Source: Squalus acanthias (Eukaryota). From it: a stretch of DNA of 64,000 nt. This document shows, piece after piece, positions 12,777-25,668 of this stretch; positions within the stretch are counted from its first letter, which is position 1, and the number at the start of each line of letters is the position of its first letter. Both the position numbers and the translations under genes were made by a program. The stretch covers positions 115,508,001-115,572,000 of the forward strand of contig CM059432.1 of NCBI GenBank assembly GCA_030390025.1, written 5' to 3'. Below the pieces are notes generated by a model, which was not told the DNA's origin, searched no databases, and saw only the letters and a program-made list of their open reading frames with translations.

Positions 12777-12874
12777 ATGAGGTAACTGGTTGCTGGTAGC
12801 CAAGTACTGGACTTCATGTAACTGGCTTTCAGCCTTTAGCTTATCAGAGTGTTTTTCAAGCTGACATTAGCCAT

Positions 12875-15800
12875 AGATAAGATTTTAGAGACCATCTTGA
12901 AACAGGGTATTGTGAAACACCTGCAGAAGTATAAAGTCATCGGTAATAGTCAGTATGGCTTTACTTGGGTGGGGTGGGGGTGAGGAGAAATAGAGAAGAT
13001 CATGTTTAACAAACTCATTAGAATTCGTTGAGGAGGTATCAGAGCTTGTGGATAAAGGAAACTCCATGGATATTACTTATCTGGACTTCAGTAAGGCTTT
13101 TGCTACAGTACCGCATAGAAGGTTGCTCCATAGAAAGAAAAAGCAAAATCAATGATAATGGGTAATTATGATGCGATTAGGCAAGAATTAGGGAGTATAA
13201 GATGGGAACAGAAACTATCAGGGAAAGGCACAAACGAAAAGTGGAGCTTTTTCATGGAGCAATTACTGCGTGTCCTTGATAGGTATGTCCCTGTCAGGCA
13301 GGGAGGAAATGGCCGAGTGAGAGAACCATGGTTCACAAAAGAGGTTGAATGTCTAGTCAAGAGGAAAAAGGAAGCGTATGTAAGGATGAGAAAACAAGGT
13401 TCAGTTGGGTCGATTGAGGGGTACAAGGTAGCAAGGAATGAGCTAAAAAAAGAGCTTAGGAGAGCTAGGAGGGGGCATGAGAAGTCCTTGGCGGGTCGGA
13501 TCAAGAAAAACCCCAAGGCCTTTTACTCTTATGTGAGAAATAAAAGAATGACCAGGGTGAGGGTAGGGCCGGTCAAGGACAGTAGTGGGAACTTGTGCAT
13601 GGAGTCAGAAGAGATAGGAGAGGTGATGAATGAATACTTTTCGTCAGTGTTCACCGAGGAGAGGGGCCATGTTCTTGAGGATGAGAGTGTGATAAAGGTG
13701 GATAGGCTGGAGGTGGTAGATGTTCTGAGGGAAGATGTTTTAGCAATTTTGAAGAACCTGAGGGTCGATAAGTCCCCTGGGCCAGATGGGATATATCCTA
13801 GGATTCTTTGGGAGGCAAGGGAGGAGATTGCAGAGCCTCTGGCTTTGATCTTTGGGTCCTCACTGTCCACGGGGATGGTGCCAGAGGACTGGAGAGTGGC
13901 GAATGTTGTTCCTCTCTTCAAGAAAGGAAATAGGAATGACCCTGGTAATTATAGGCCGGTTAGTCTTACTTCGGTGGTTGGTAAGATAATGGAAAAGGTC
14001 CTGAGGGATAGGATTTATGACCATTTGGAAAGGGGCAACTTAATCAGGGATAGTCAACACGGATTCGTGAAGGGTAAGTCTTGCCTAACAAATTTGATTG
14101 AATTCTTTGAGGAGGTAACTAAGTGTGTAGATGAAGGTAGAGCAGTTGATGTCGTATACATGGATTTTAGTAAGGCGTTTGATAAGGTTCCCCATGGTCG
14201 TCTCATGAAGAAAGTAAGGAGTTGTGGGATAGAGGGAAATTTGGCCGATTGGATAAGTAACTGGCTATCTCATAGAAGGCAGAGGGTGGTGGTGGACGGA
14301 ACATTTTCGGACTGGAGACCAGTTACCAGCGGTGTGCCACAGGGGTCGGTGCTGGGTCCTCTGCTGTTTGTGATTTTTATCAATGACTTGGAGGAGGGGA
14401 CTGAAGGGTGGATCAGTAAATTTGCTGATGACACCAAGATTGGTGGAGTAGTGGATGAGGTGGAGGGCAGTTGTAGGCTGCAAAGAGACATTGATAGGAT
14501 GCAGAGCTGGGCCGAAAAATGGCAGATGGAATTTAACCCTGATAAGTGCGAGGTGATTCATTTTGGTAGGGCAAATTTGAATAAGGATTACAGGGTCAAC
14601 GGCAGGGTTCTGAGGAACGTGGAGGAGCAGAGGGATCTGGGGGTTCATATCCACAGATCTCTGAAGGTTGCCACTCAAGTGGATAGAGCAGTAAAGAAGG
14701 CCTATGGTGTGTTGGCGTTTATTAACAGAGGGTTTGAGTTTAAGAACCGTGAGGTTATGCTGCAACTGTACAGGACCTTGGTGAGACCACATTTGGAATA
14801 GTGTGTGCAGTTCTGGTCACCTCACTATAGGAAGGACGTGGAAGCATTGGAAAGAGTGCAAAGGAGATTTACCAGGATGCTGCCTGGTTTGGGGGGGAGG
14901 TCTTATGAGGAAAGATTGAAGGAGTTGGGGCTTTTCTCTTTAGAGCGGAGGAGGATGAGAGGCGACTTAATAGAGGTTTATAAGATGATGAGGGGGATAG
15001 ATAGAGTGGATGTTCAGAGACTATTTCCTCGGGTAGAGGCAGCTGTTACAAGGGGGCATAACTATAAGGTGCATGGGGGGAGATATAGAAGGGATGTCCG
15101 AGGTAGATTCTTTACTCAGAGAGTGGTTGGGGTGTGGAATGGACTGCCTGCTGTGATAGTGGAGTCGGACACTTTAGGAACTTTCAAGCGGTTATTGGAT
15201 AAGCACATGGAGCACACCAGAGTGATAGGGAGTGTGATAGCTTGATCTTGGTCTCGGACAATGCTCGGCACAACATCGAGGGCCGAAGGGCCTGTACTGT
15301 GCTGTACTGTTCTAATGAGTAGTTAGTGAAGTGTTTTGTCAACAGGCTACATCAAAGGAGACTGAGGATGGTAATGCATGGAGCTGCATCAGAATGGCAG
15401 GAAGTGACCAGTGGGTTTCTCCAAAGATCAGTAATGTAACCTTTGCAAGTCACATTGCATATCAATGATTTGGAACTAAGAGATTAAATTGTCAAAATTT
15501 GCCAATGACAGCAATGTAGTGGGAGAGTTGCAAACGATCAAGAGTAGGCTGCTCACATGCAGAGCGATTGAGAGAGAGATTGGGCTGAGAAATTACAAAT
15601 TGAATTCAATGTCAACAAGTGTAAAGTGAGGAGACGAGAAAAATAAACATTGGAACAATAAATGAAATGGTGTTACCATCTACAGGATAATTGCCATATT
15701 ACAGGAAGGATATAAAGGTGCTGGAAATGGTGCAGCAAAAGGCCACCTGTCTGATACCTAGCATCAGATATCTGAGCTACAAGGAGAGACTACAGAAAAT

Positions 15801-16165
15801 GAGATTGTTTAACCTGGGGAAGAGAATTTTATTGAGGCATACAACCCGTAAGGATATCAACATACTGAACCCTGAGAAACAGTACCATGACACTGAGAAT
15901 GATAAGGAGGAGGCATGGGATGAAGCTCAGAAGAGGGAAGGTGAATGGACATTCAGATATATCCATTACACACAGAGGGTGGTGAATTTTTGGAATGGAC
16001 TGTTCAAGGATGCGACCGAGGTTGATAGCATCAGTAATTTTAAGAAGGAATTGGACAGCCATTTGGCGAGAAAATCAATTGAGCAATATAGGTAGTGAAC
16101 TGTGTATTTTGCTTTTGAATCTGGGCATGTCCAGTGGACTGAAATGGTCCTTTCCGGCCCTGTAC
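12875..16165 (+). mobile_element. Old degraded CR1 split by the young CR1 (pieces ~12875-13150 and ~15315-16165)
   Basis: The left piece ends LDFSKAFATVPHRRLL. The right piece resumes with the next RT motif (WQEVTSG...) and reaches TQRVVNFWN. Confidence 0.75.
13155..15313 (+). mobile_element. Young 5'-truncated CR1 LINE; ORF2 RT region intact except for one nonsense codon
   Basis: 549-aa ORF ([44 protein letters not shown]). TAG at 14799-14801, then the same frame continues to 15245. Tail gtactgtgctgtactgttct. Confidence 0.95.
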
Positions 16166-17004
16166 ATTCTGATACAAGGTTGCAATATAGGTCATACCAC
16201 TGTTGGTATATATCTAACAAATTGAGACAGTTGTAGAAATGTATGAACAACTTACATCCTCTAGGAATAAGCCAATGCAGCTGTTGGAATCCTTAATATG
16301 AAAAGGAACTCCTTTACCCGGATTGTCTCCCCTCCTCTGTTTAAGGCACTGACATATGCTGGAGTACAATTACATAGGCAACAGCAGTCCTCCCAAGTAG
16401 GCATTTTTCATGTTCAAGTTGGGATAGTGAGTGTCAGTGGGCTATTCAACTTTTGAGAGACACCACAGTCAGATAGAATCTACGCCTCATTAAATGTCCA
16501 CATAAGTACACACCATCAAGGATCACTGGACAACTTTCAGAAACAGGAGCCCGCATTACTTTTTCCCCTCCCTAGCTTAGTGTTTGAGGCTAACTCAGCA
16601 CAGACCAAGGATTAAACCTAGGATCTTACTGATCTGTATGGTTCTGCTCCAGACATTTATCAACTGAGTCACGAGGGGAGCTGAGGCAGAAAGAATTCAA
16701 GCAAAACTTAATTGTCTTGGCTAAATGAGAGTAGATTTACACATATTGAGGACTTTTGCAAGTTAAGAGGGCAGAGGATTAGCCTCCTCCATTTATGTGG
16801 GTGTGCAAATATGTAAGTAAATATCTATATGTGTGAATGAATTGTGTTTGTGGGGGGAGAGAGAAAGAAGGAAGAAATTAGTTCACAGGGAATGGGAAGA
16901 TCAAATAATTTGGGTAAAACAGGAAATTAGTAGTCCCACAATCTTGGGCAATTTAAATTAGATAACTTTACATACATATTGTGTTAATGAATGGTCATAT
17001 AGGA

Positions 17005-17158
17005 GGGGCAGTTTTCCAAATGCTGGCTCCCACTACGGAGCCTTGCCAGTCTGGAGTGAATATGGGCAAAAGCATGAAGATCACTCTCGTGATTTTCCAT
17101 CCATTAACTGTGTGGTTGGATGCTCCCCAACGCCTGACATATTCGTAAAATTGGCCCC
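17005..17158. mobile_element. Possible degraded Harbinger-like MITE
   Basis: Imperfect TIRs GGGGCAGTTTT / AAAATTGGCCCC; no clear TSD. Confidence 0.35.
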
Positions 17159-17818
17159 AGGGTGTTAACCATGGTCTATATTGATCTCCTGTAACTGCAT
17201 GCAAATCACTCTCTGGAATTTATAGTTGTATTTGTTTGCATGATATTGGAAAATGCTTAATCACAAAAAAAAATCCCCATTTAATTAAGTGTCGAAAAAC
17301 AATGTTTTGTAACCCAATTTTGAGGTAATGAATAACTAAGATGATTCTTCATTATCATACACAAGAGATCCTCTGGACACAGAAGTAATAATATAAATAT
17401 CAATATGAACATATTTAACCAAGTAGAACCAAAGTAAAATGCATAATCAATACAGAAGACATTGTTTTGTCGTGTGTTGACTCAATTAAGTTACTTTTGA
17501 AAAACACAATAAAAGTCAACTATGTAGCTGGTCTTGGAAGGCTGTATTGCAGAAACAAGATATTTGTTGCTTAGCTTCAGCCCAAACTCCCCAATTATTG
17601 ATTCAGTAATTTGAATTAAGGGGATGGGGGGGGCGGGGGCGGGGGAGGGAGGAGAAGAGAAAAAGAGAGGAGTGTGGTGATTAGTATCCAAAACTAAGTG
17701 ACAGACCTCATATCTGCACACCAACTATAAGTTACGTCAGGATCAGATGCTTCAATAGCCATATCTTTAAACATTCATTTGTAAAACCAGTCACCAAAAC
17801 TATTTTTTAATGATTAAA

Positions 17819-17971
17819 TACCGTTCTCTGAGCAGTACAGTTACTGTGCGCGTCTCGAAGTCCCGCACAGGCCGCTTGCCAGCTTTACAATGGGACATTT
17901 CACGCATGCGCGATGGGCCTCGCAGTCCGTTAAAGGGACCGTGCACCCAAAAAAGAATTGGAGGAACATTG
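17819..17971. mobile_element. hAT-type MITE (CAATGTTCCC family), degraded
   Basis: Ends ...ccgtgcacccaaaaaagaattggaggaacattg; homologous to 40532-40672 in reverse. Confidence 0.7.
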
Positions 17972-19136
17972 ACGAGGACCTGTAAAATAGGATTTAGGTC
18001 ACACTTGTGCAGCTGGCTCATTAGTTATCAAGTCACCCTATTTGTGGATATAAATGCTACCCTTCATATATCTGTACGTAGTGTATGTCTGCTGTTGGAA
18101 AAAGTCTTACAGAAGCATTTAAAATTTTATGTAAGGCTCTTGAACATTAATAGGGTATACCGTCCAAACAAAAAATTATTTTGTAAAATCCTGTAACTCA
18201 ACAATTATTCTGTACAGTATTTGACACATGACGTTAATTTTTAAAATAAGTTACTAGTTCTCATTAGTTTACTCTTTAAAACCGTCCAATCTCTAAGATT
18301 TTATGAAATAACTCCTTCCTGATCACCTTAAGTGTGCGGATTATTGTATTTAATGTATTTTCTGCAGTTACTATACTTCGAACAAAGTAGTTACAATGTT
18401 GCATCAAGTATTAGAGGGGTAGGGAAAGGTGAAAAGGGAATGGAGTTTTTACAATGTGAATAGGACTCCTTTTTTACCCAGTACTTAAAAGCCCAACAAG
18501 AGATTAATCCCTGCTAGATCTAGTAATAGGAAATGAACCACAGCAGATAAGAGAAGTAAATTTAGGGGAACATTTAGGTAATTGCATTCACAACATAAGA
18601 AGGTTTAAAATAATGATTGAGAAAGGCATAAGTAAAACAAAGACCAAATTAATAGATTGAAAAATAGATAATTTTGAGGGAATGAGAATGAAACTGGAAA
18701 AAATATTGACAAAGAGATGGAACAGCAGTGGGAAATATTTAAAAAGGTGATCAAGAGAAATCAGGAGAAATATATTGCGCTAAAAAACAAGAACAAACTA
18801 CCCAATAATGAAACACCATGGATGAATAGAGAGATATGGGCAAAATTGAAACTAAGAAAAAGCCATACACTAAGTACATAGACAATAAAGATGAGAATGA
18901 CAAAAGGGAATACAAAGAGGTAAGGAAAGAAGTAAAAAAGGTAGGAAAGCAAAGAGGAACTACAAAATTAAATTATCAAGGAATATGAAAAGTAGTAGTA
19001 AAGTATTCTACAGAAACATAAATAACAAAAGGAAAATCACGATAGGGATAGGCCATTAAAGGTTGGACAAGATAAACTCACCAGTAATGACAGCGAAATG
19101 ACAGAAATATTGAATAATTACTTTGCCTCAGTATTT

Positions 19137-20972
19137 CGAAACATAGAAAAATAGAAGCAGGAGTAGGCCATTCAATATGATCATGGCTGATCCTCTATCC
19201 CAATACCATATTCCCGTGCTCTCCCCATATCCCTCGATGCCATTTGTGTCTAGAAATCTATCCATCTCCTTCTTAAATATATTCAGTGACTTGGCCTCCA
19301 CAGCCTTCTGTGGTAGAGAATTCCACAGGTTCACCACCCTCTGAGTGAAGAAATTTCTCATCTCAGTCTTAAATGTCCTACCCCGTATCCTGAGACTGTG
19401 ACCCCTCGTTCTAGACACCCCCCCCCCAGCCAGGGGAAACATCCTCCTTGCATCCAGTCTGTCTAGCCCTGTCAGAATTTTATACGTTTCAATGAGATCC
19501 CCTCTCATCCTTCTAAACTCTAGTGAATACAGGCCTAGTTGACCCAATCTTTTCTCATAAGACAGTCCTACCATCCCAGGAATCAGTCTGGTGAACCTTC
19601 GCTGCACTCCCTCTATGGCAAGTATATCCTTTCTTAGGTAAGGAGACCAAAACTGCACACAGTACTCCAGGTGTGGTCTCACCAAGGCCCTGTATAACTG
19701 TAGTAAAACATCCTTGCTCCTGTACTCAAATCCTCTTGCAATGAAGGCCAACATACCATTTGCCTTCCTAACTGCTTGCTGCACCTGCATGTTTGCTTTC
19801 AGTGACTGGTGTACAAGGACACCCAGGTCCCTCTGTAAATCAACATTTCCCAATCTATCACCATTTAAATAATACTCTGCCTTTCTGTTTTTCCTACCAA
19901 AGTGGATAACTTCACATTTATCCATGTTATACTGCATCTGCCATGTATTTGCCCACTCACTTAACTTGTCTAAATCACCTTGAAGCCTCTTTGCATCCTC
20001 CTCACAACTCACAATCCCACCTAGTTTCGTGTCGTCAGCAAACTTGGAAATATTACATTTGGTTCCCTCATCCAAATCATTGATATATATTGTGAATAGC
20101 TGGGGCCCAAGCACTGATCCCTGCGCTACCCCACTAGTCACCGCCTGCCACCCCAAAAAAGACCCATTTATTCCTACTCTGTTAACCAATTTTCAACCCA
20201 TGCCAGTATATTACCCCCAATCCCATGTGCTTTAATTTTGCACACTAACCTCTTATGTGGGATTTATCAAAGGCCTTCTGAAAATCCAAATATACCACAT
20301 CCACTGGTTCTCCCTTATCTATTCTACCAGTTACATCCTCAAAAAACTCCGTTAGGTTTCTCAAACATGATTTCCCTTTCATAAATCCATGTTGACTTTG
20401 TCTAATCCCGTTGATATTTTCTAAGTGTCTTGTTATCACATCCTTTATAATAGACTCTCGCATTTTCCCTACTACTGATGTTAGGCTAACCAGTCTGCAG
20501 TTCCTTGTTTTCTCTCTCCCTCCTTTTTAAATAGTGGGGTTACATTTGCCACCCTCCAATCTGCAGGAACTGTTCCATAATCTATAGAATTTTGGAAGAT
20601 GACAGCCAATGCATCCACTATTTCTATGGCTACCCCTTTTAGCACTCTGGGATGCAGATTATCAGGCCCTGGGGATTTATCGGCTCTCAGTCCTATTAAT
20701 TTCTCCAGCACTTTTTTTTACTAATACTAATTTCCTTTAATTCCTCCTTCTCACTAGACCCTTGGTTCCCTAGCATTTCTGGGAAGTTATTTGTGTCCTC
20801 TTCCGTGAAGACAGAACCAAAGTATTTGTTTAATTGCTCAGCCATTTCCTTGTTCTCCATTATAAATTCTCCCGTTTCTGACTGTCTTCACTAATCTTTC
20901 TTTTTACATACTTGTAGACGCTTTTACAATCTGCTTTTATGTTCCTTGCAAGTTTACTCTCGTACTCAATTT
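19137..20972 (-). mobile_element. CR1 LINE (RT region, frameshifted), nested antisense in the older CR1
   Basis: 353-aa ORF with GVAQGSVLGP and FADD; upstream pieces KSPGPD and SQHGF. Confidence 0.92.
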
Positions 20973-21444
20973 TTACCAGGGAGACTAACAGGGGGCATGA
21001 CATTAGAAGAAGAGATCACAAAAGATATAAAGATATTCAAGATAGAAAAAGAGAGATACTTGATAAACTAATCAAACTTAGTGAAGTTAAAACCCCATGC
21101 ATCCACGCATATTAAAAGAAGAAGTTAGGGACAGATAGCAGAGGCACTATTACATATATAGAACAATTAATTAGAAAAGGGAATAGTGCCAGAGGACCGA
21201 TGGACAGCTAATGTTATTCCTATATTTAAAAAGGGAGATAGAACAAGTCCAGAGAACTATAGACCAGTTAGCTTAATGTCGGTGACAGGAGATATAATGG
21301 AATCTTTACTCAAAGATGCAATAGAAAAACATCTAGAAACTGAAACTATAATAAAGAATAATCAACACGATTTCAAAAGGAAAGGTTATACTTGATCAAC
21401 CTTATTGAATTCTTTGAAGAAGTACATAAAGATTAGACAAGGGG

Positions 21445-21591
21445 AAATGTTCCCTGTACGCTGCGCAGCGCTCCAGGGATCCCGCGCAGTCGGCTTTTCA
21501 ATACAAAAACTGCGCACGCATGATATTTTGAATGGTCCGTGTAGCCTTTAAGGGGGCCGTGCGGCGCCAAACAAAATTAAAGGGAACAGTG
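21445..21591. mobile_element. hAT-type MITE (CAATGTTCCC family) inside CR1
   Basis: AAATGTTCCC...GGGAACAGTG interrupts the CR1 'DKGKAVDV'-type motif. Confidence 0.75.
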
Positions 21592-24500
21592 GTAAAGCAG
21601 ATGATGTAATATAGTTGGATTTTTGAAAAGGCCTTTGATAAGGTAGACTCATGACTAAGGTCAGCACATGTGGAGTCAGGGAATAAGTAGCAGAATGGAT
21701 AGTAAGCTGACTACAAAACAGAAAGTAGTGTTCCACAGGGATTAGGGCTGGGACCACTGATGTTCAACATTTACGATTTGGACTCTGGAATCATAAGTAC
21801 AATTTCAAAATTTGCGTATGACACCAAATTGGATATAGTTAATACTGAGCAAGACTACGACAAAATACAAAACGTTAATAAACTTGCAGAATGGGTATGT
21901 AAATAACAAATGGATTTCAATATAGGTAACTGTGAGGTTGTGCATTTTGTTCGGAGGAATAAGGAGGCCACATACTCCTTAGAAAATACGAATCTAAGTG
22001 GGGTAGAGGATCAAAGGGATTTAGGGATACACATTCACAAATAATTAAAAGTTAACAAGGCTATAACAAATGCAATCAAAGCACGGGGGCTCATTTCTAG
22101 AGGAATAGAATTGTAAAGCAGGAAAGTTATGTTAAACTTGTATATTGGTTAGACCAAACTTGGGAGTACTGCATACAGTTTTGGTCTCCATAGTACAAAA
22201 ATGATAGAGGCACTGGAGAGGGTGCAAAAAAGATTTACAAGGATGATACCAGAACTGCGAGGTTATACCCATCAGGAAAGGATGAACAGGCTGGGTCTCA
22301 TTTCTCTTGAAAAGAGAAGGCTGAGAGGTGACCTAATAGAGGTCTATAAAATTGTGACAAGTTTTGATAGAGTAGATACAGAGAGTGTGTTTCCACTTGT
22401 GGGGAAGAGAAAACTAAAGGCCACCAATACAAGATAGTCACCAAGAAATCAAATAGGGAATTCAGAAGAAACTTCTTTACCCATAGAGTGGTGAGAATGG
22501 TATTAGCTACCAGAGGGAGTAGTTGAGGTAAATAGTATAGATGCATTTAAGGGGAAACTAGATAAGCATGAGGGAGAAAGGAATAGAGGGGCCAGAGCCT
22601 TTCAATACTTTTCCACTTTTTCCCCCTCTTTTCGTTTTCTCTCTATTCCTCCTTGACCGCGCTCTCCTGTCGTCATGTCTCCTTTCATCTCTCCTCTCTG
22701 ATACTCTGCCCTCCCAAATCCCGACCCCAATCCTTCATTACTCTTCGACCTTCCTACTCTCCTACTGCGTCCCAGGCTGGACTCCCTCTTGGATAAGCCT
22801 ACAGCTTCCCTCTGTGCCGCTCTTGGCATCCTACGAAGGGCCCATCGAGGCACTCATCGCTGCCTCCTTAAGAGCAGCAACCCCAACTGTCCCATCCTAC
22901 TCTCTCGCCGACCTTCCCGCCCAGCGCGTCCACTGGTGGCAAATCTTGCCAATCTCCTCCCCATCCAAATCATCACCCCCACCACTGACCCTGTGAACGC
23001 AGGCAGTGGGGCAGCCATTACCGACCCTCTCTGCATCTCCCTCCAGAATGTCCGTTCACATGCGAACAAGGCCCTTGCCATCCATGAGCTTATCGTGGAT
23101 GATTGCATCGACATCATGGCCCTGACAGAAACTTGGTTGAGGGGTGATGACACCTTACCCTGAAATGAAGCCCCCCCTGCCTGACTATACCTTCCACCAC
23201 TTGCCCCACTCAGACTGCCGTGGTGGCGGCGTGGCTCATCATCACCAAATCACACCATGGTCTGTCTCTCCAACTACTCTGGCACTTTCTCCTCCTTTGA
23301 GCATCTCACCTTATTCCACCCCTCTCAACTCTCATTTAAAATTCTAGTTCTCAAACGCCCACCCAATTACCATAAAAATTTTATTACCGAGATATCTTCA
23401 CTGTTCTCCTCCCTCAGCCTCTGCACCAAACAACTTCTCATCCTCGGTGATTTCAACCTCCATCTCAATTCATCATGCTCTCACTCCCGAGTTCACTGGC
23501 CTCCTATCCTCCCTTAATCTCTCCCGCCATGTAAACCCATATTCACGGCCACCCCCTTGACCTTGCCATCTCTCGTGGCTTTGCTACTCCCATCGTGTCA
23601 ATCGCAGATAAAGCCATCTCTGACCACTTCCTTGTATCGCTCTCCACCCACATCCCCATTCCATCCGCCCCCCCACTTCCTTCTGTGTCCGCCCTGGAAA
23701 AAACTCTCACAACTGCACTTATGAAATCCCAACTGTCCAGCCTTTGGCCCTCCATTTGCCATGACATTTCTGCAGCTATCAATCTGCTCAGCCACACCCT
23801 CACCAGCACCTTTGATGCATTAGTCCCTATTAAAACAATTACTCGCTCACCCTGGCCGTTCCCCCTGGTACGGCCCTTATCTTCGCTCCCTTAAGTCCAA
23901 GGGACGCAGACTTGAACAGATATGGCGGACAACTGGTTTAGCCATTCACTGCCAGATCTGGCTGGACCACATAAAGCATTACTGGGTCCTGCTCTCGTCT
24001 GTCAAAATTGCTCACTATTCCAGAATTATTCTGGAATGCAAAGATAAATCCAGGCTTCTATTCTTCACTGCTAACCGTCTTCTTAAACACCTCCCCACCT
24101 CACCTTCGACAACAAGTGTGAGGAGTTCATGGACTTCTTTGTCTCTAAGATTGAGACCATCCATTCAGCTGCCACTTCCCTTCCTTCCCCTGTCCCACCG
24201 GGCCAAACTTACTCTAAGGTTCCCCCCTGCCCTAGCCCTGAACTCACATCTTTCTCCAGTTTCTCTCCAATCTCCCCTCATGACACCTCCGCGCACATCT
24301 TGTCCATGAGGCCCACTTCCTGCTCCCTCAACTCTATTCCCACCAAACTGCTGACCACCCAACTTCCTTCTCTGGCCCCCATGTTAGCTGACATTGGTAA
24401 CAGTTCTCTCTCCTCAGGTACTGTCCCTCTCTCCTTCAAATCTGCCGTCATCACCCCTCTCCTCAAAAAAACCCTTGACCCCTCCGTCCTTGCAAACTGC

Positions 24501-25258
24501 CACCCCATCTCCAATCTCCCTTTCCTCTCCAAAGTCCTTGAACGTGCTGTTGCCTCCCAAATCCGTGCCCATCTTTCCTGCAATTCCATGTTTGAATCCC
24601 TCCAATCAGGTTTCTGCCCTTGCCACAGTACCGAAATGGCTCTCAGTCACAAATGACATCCTTTATGACTGTGACAAAGGTAAACTATCCCTCATTGTCT
24701 TTCTTGACTTGTCTGCAGCCTGACAAGGTTGATCACTCCATCCTTCGCCAATGCCTCTCCACCGTCGTCCAGCTGGGTGGGACTGCAATCGCCTGGTTCC
24801 ATTCTTATCGATCTAATCGTAGACAGAGAATCACCAGCAACAGCTTCTCTTCCTGCTCCCGCATCGTTACCTCTGGTGTCCCCCAAGGATCTATCCGTGG
24901 CCCTCTCCTATTTCTCATCTACATGTTGCCCCTTGGCGCCATCATCCGAAAACACAGCGTCAGTTTCCACATGTACGCCAACGACACCCAGCTCTACCTC
25001 ACTACCACTTCTCTCGGCCCCTCCACGGTCTCTAAATTGTTAGACTGCTTGTCCGACATCCAGTTCTCCAATTAAATATTGGGAAGACTAAACCCATTGT
25101 TTTTGGTCCCCGCCACAAACTCCATTCCCTAGCCACTGACTCCATCCCTCTCCCTAACATCTATCTGAGGCTGAACCACTCTGTTCGCAACCTTGATGTC
25201 ATATTCAACCTTGAAATGAGCTTCCTACCACATATCTGCAGCATAACTAAGACCGTCT

Positions 25259-25305
25259 CGGCACTTTACAGCCTTCCGGACTCAATATCGAGTTCAACAA
25301 TCATC

Positions 25306-25336
<31 letters not shown>

Positions 25337-25668
25337 ATCCACACTTTTGGTTTGTGCCTTTTCCCTTTTTTTTCTCTCTCTCCCCCACGGCAGCTGTCTT
25401 TCATTCTGCCAGCATTTCACACTTCTGAGCCATCTTTTGTTTCTTAACCTTTGCCTTGAGCATCTCTTAATGTCTCTACTTATCACAGACCTTCCCTTTT
25501 GTTCTTTTATTCCTTCCCCCAGCCTCCCTCTTGCCTTTTTATATCTGTTTCATTTCCTGCTTTTTTCCTCAGTTCTGACGAAGGGTCTTTGACCTGAAAC
25601 GTTAACTCTGTTTCTCTCTCCACGGATGTTGCCTGGCCTGCTGAGTTTTTCCAGCGTTTTCTGTTATT
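25259..25668 (+). mobile_element. Penelope 3'/pLTR short element inserted in L2, with internal (TA)n
   Basis: 7-bp direct repeat ACCGTCT at 25252-25258 and 25669-25675. Begins with the Penelope ORF-end sequence ggcactttacagccttccggactcaat. Confidence 0.85.
25571..25607 (+). ncRNA. Minimal hammerhead ribozyme motif, best-preserved copy
   Basis: AGTT-CTGACGA-A-GGGTC-TTT-GACCT-GAAAC-GT-T-AACT: stem I AGTT/AACT, stem II GGGTC/GACCT, palindromic ACGT. Confidence 0.65.

Larger units (their letters stand above)
18420..22590 (+). mobile_element. Old CR1 LINE, interrupted by a minus-strand CR1, a MITE and an L2; its 3' end resumes at ~26308-26416
   Basis: EN-region remnant (LDLVIGNE), PEDRWTANVIPIFKKG, NYRPVSL, LERVQKRFTRMIP. 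The tail continues after the L2 (ggactggttgggcccaatggcctgtttc...ttctatgta). Confidence 0.8.

Noticed and set aside
13152..14801. Host protein-coding gene, or retron/group II intron RT
   Set aside because: The motifs and 3' tail are canonical CR1 ORF2, with many related fragments in the window.
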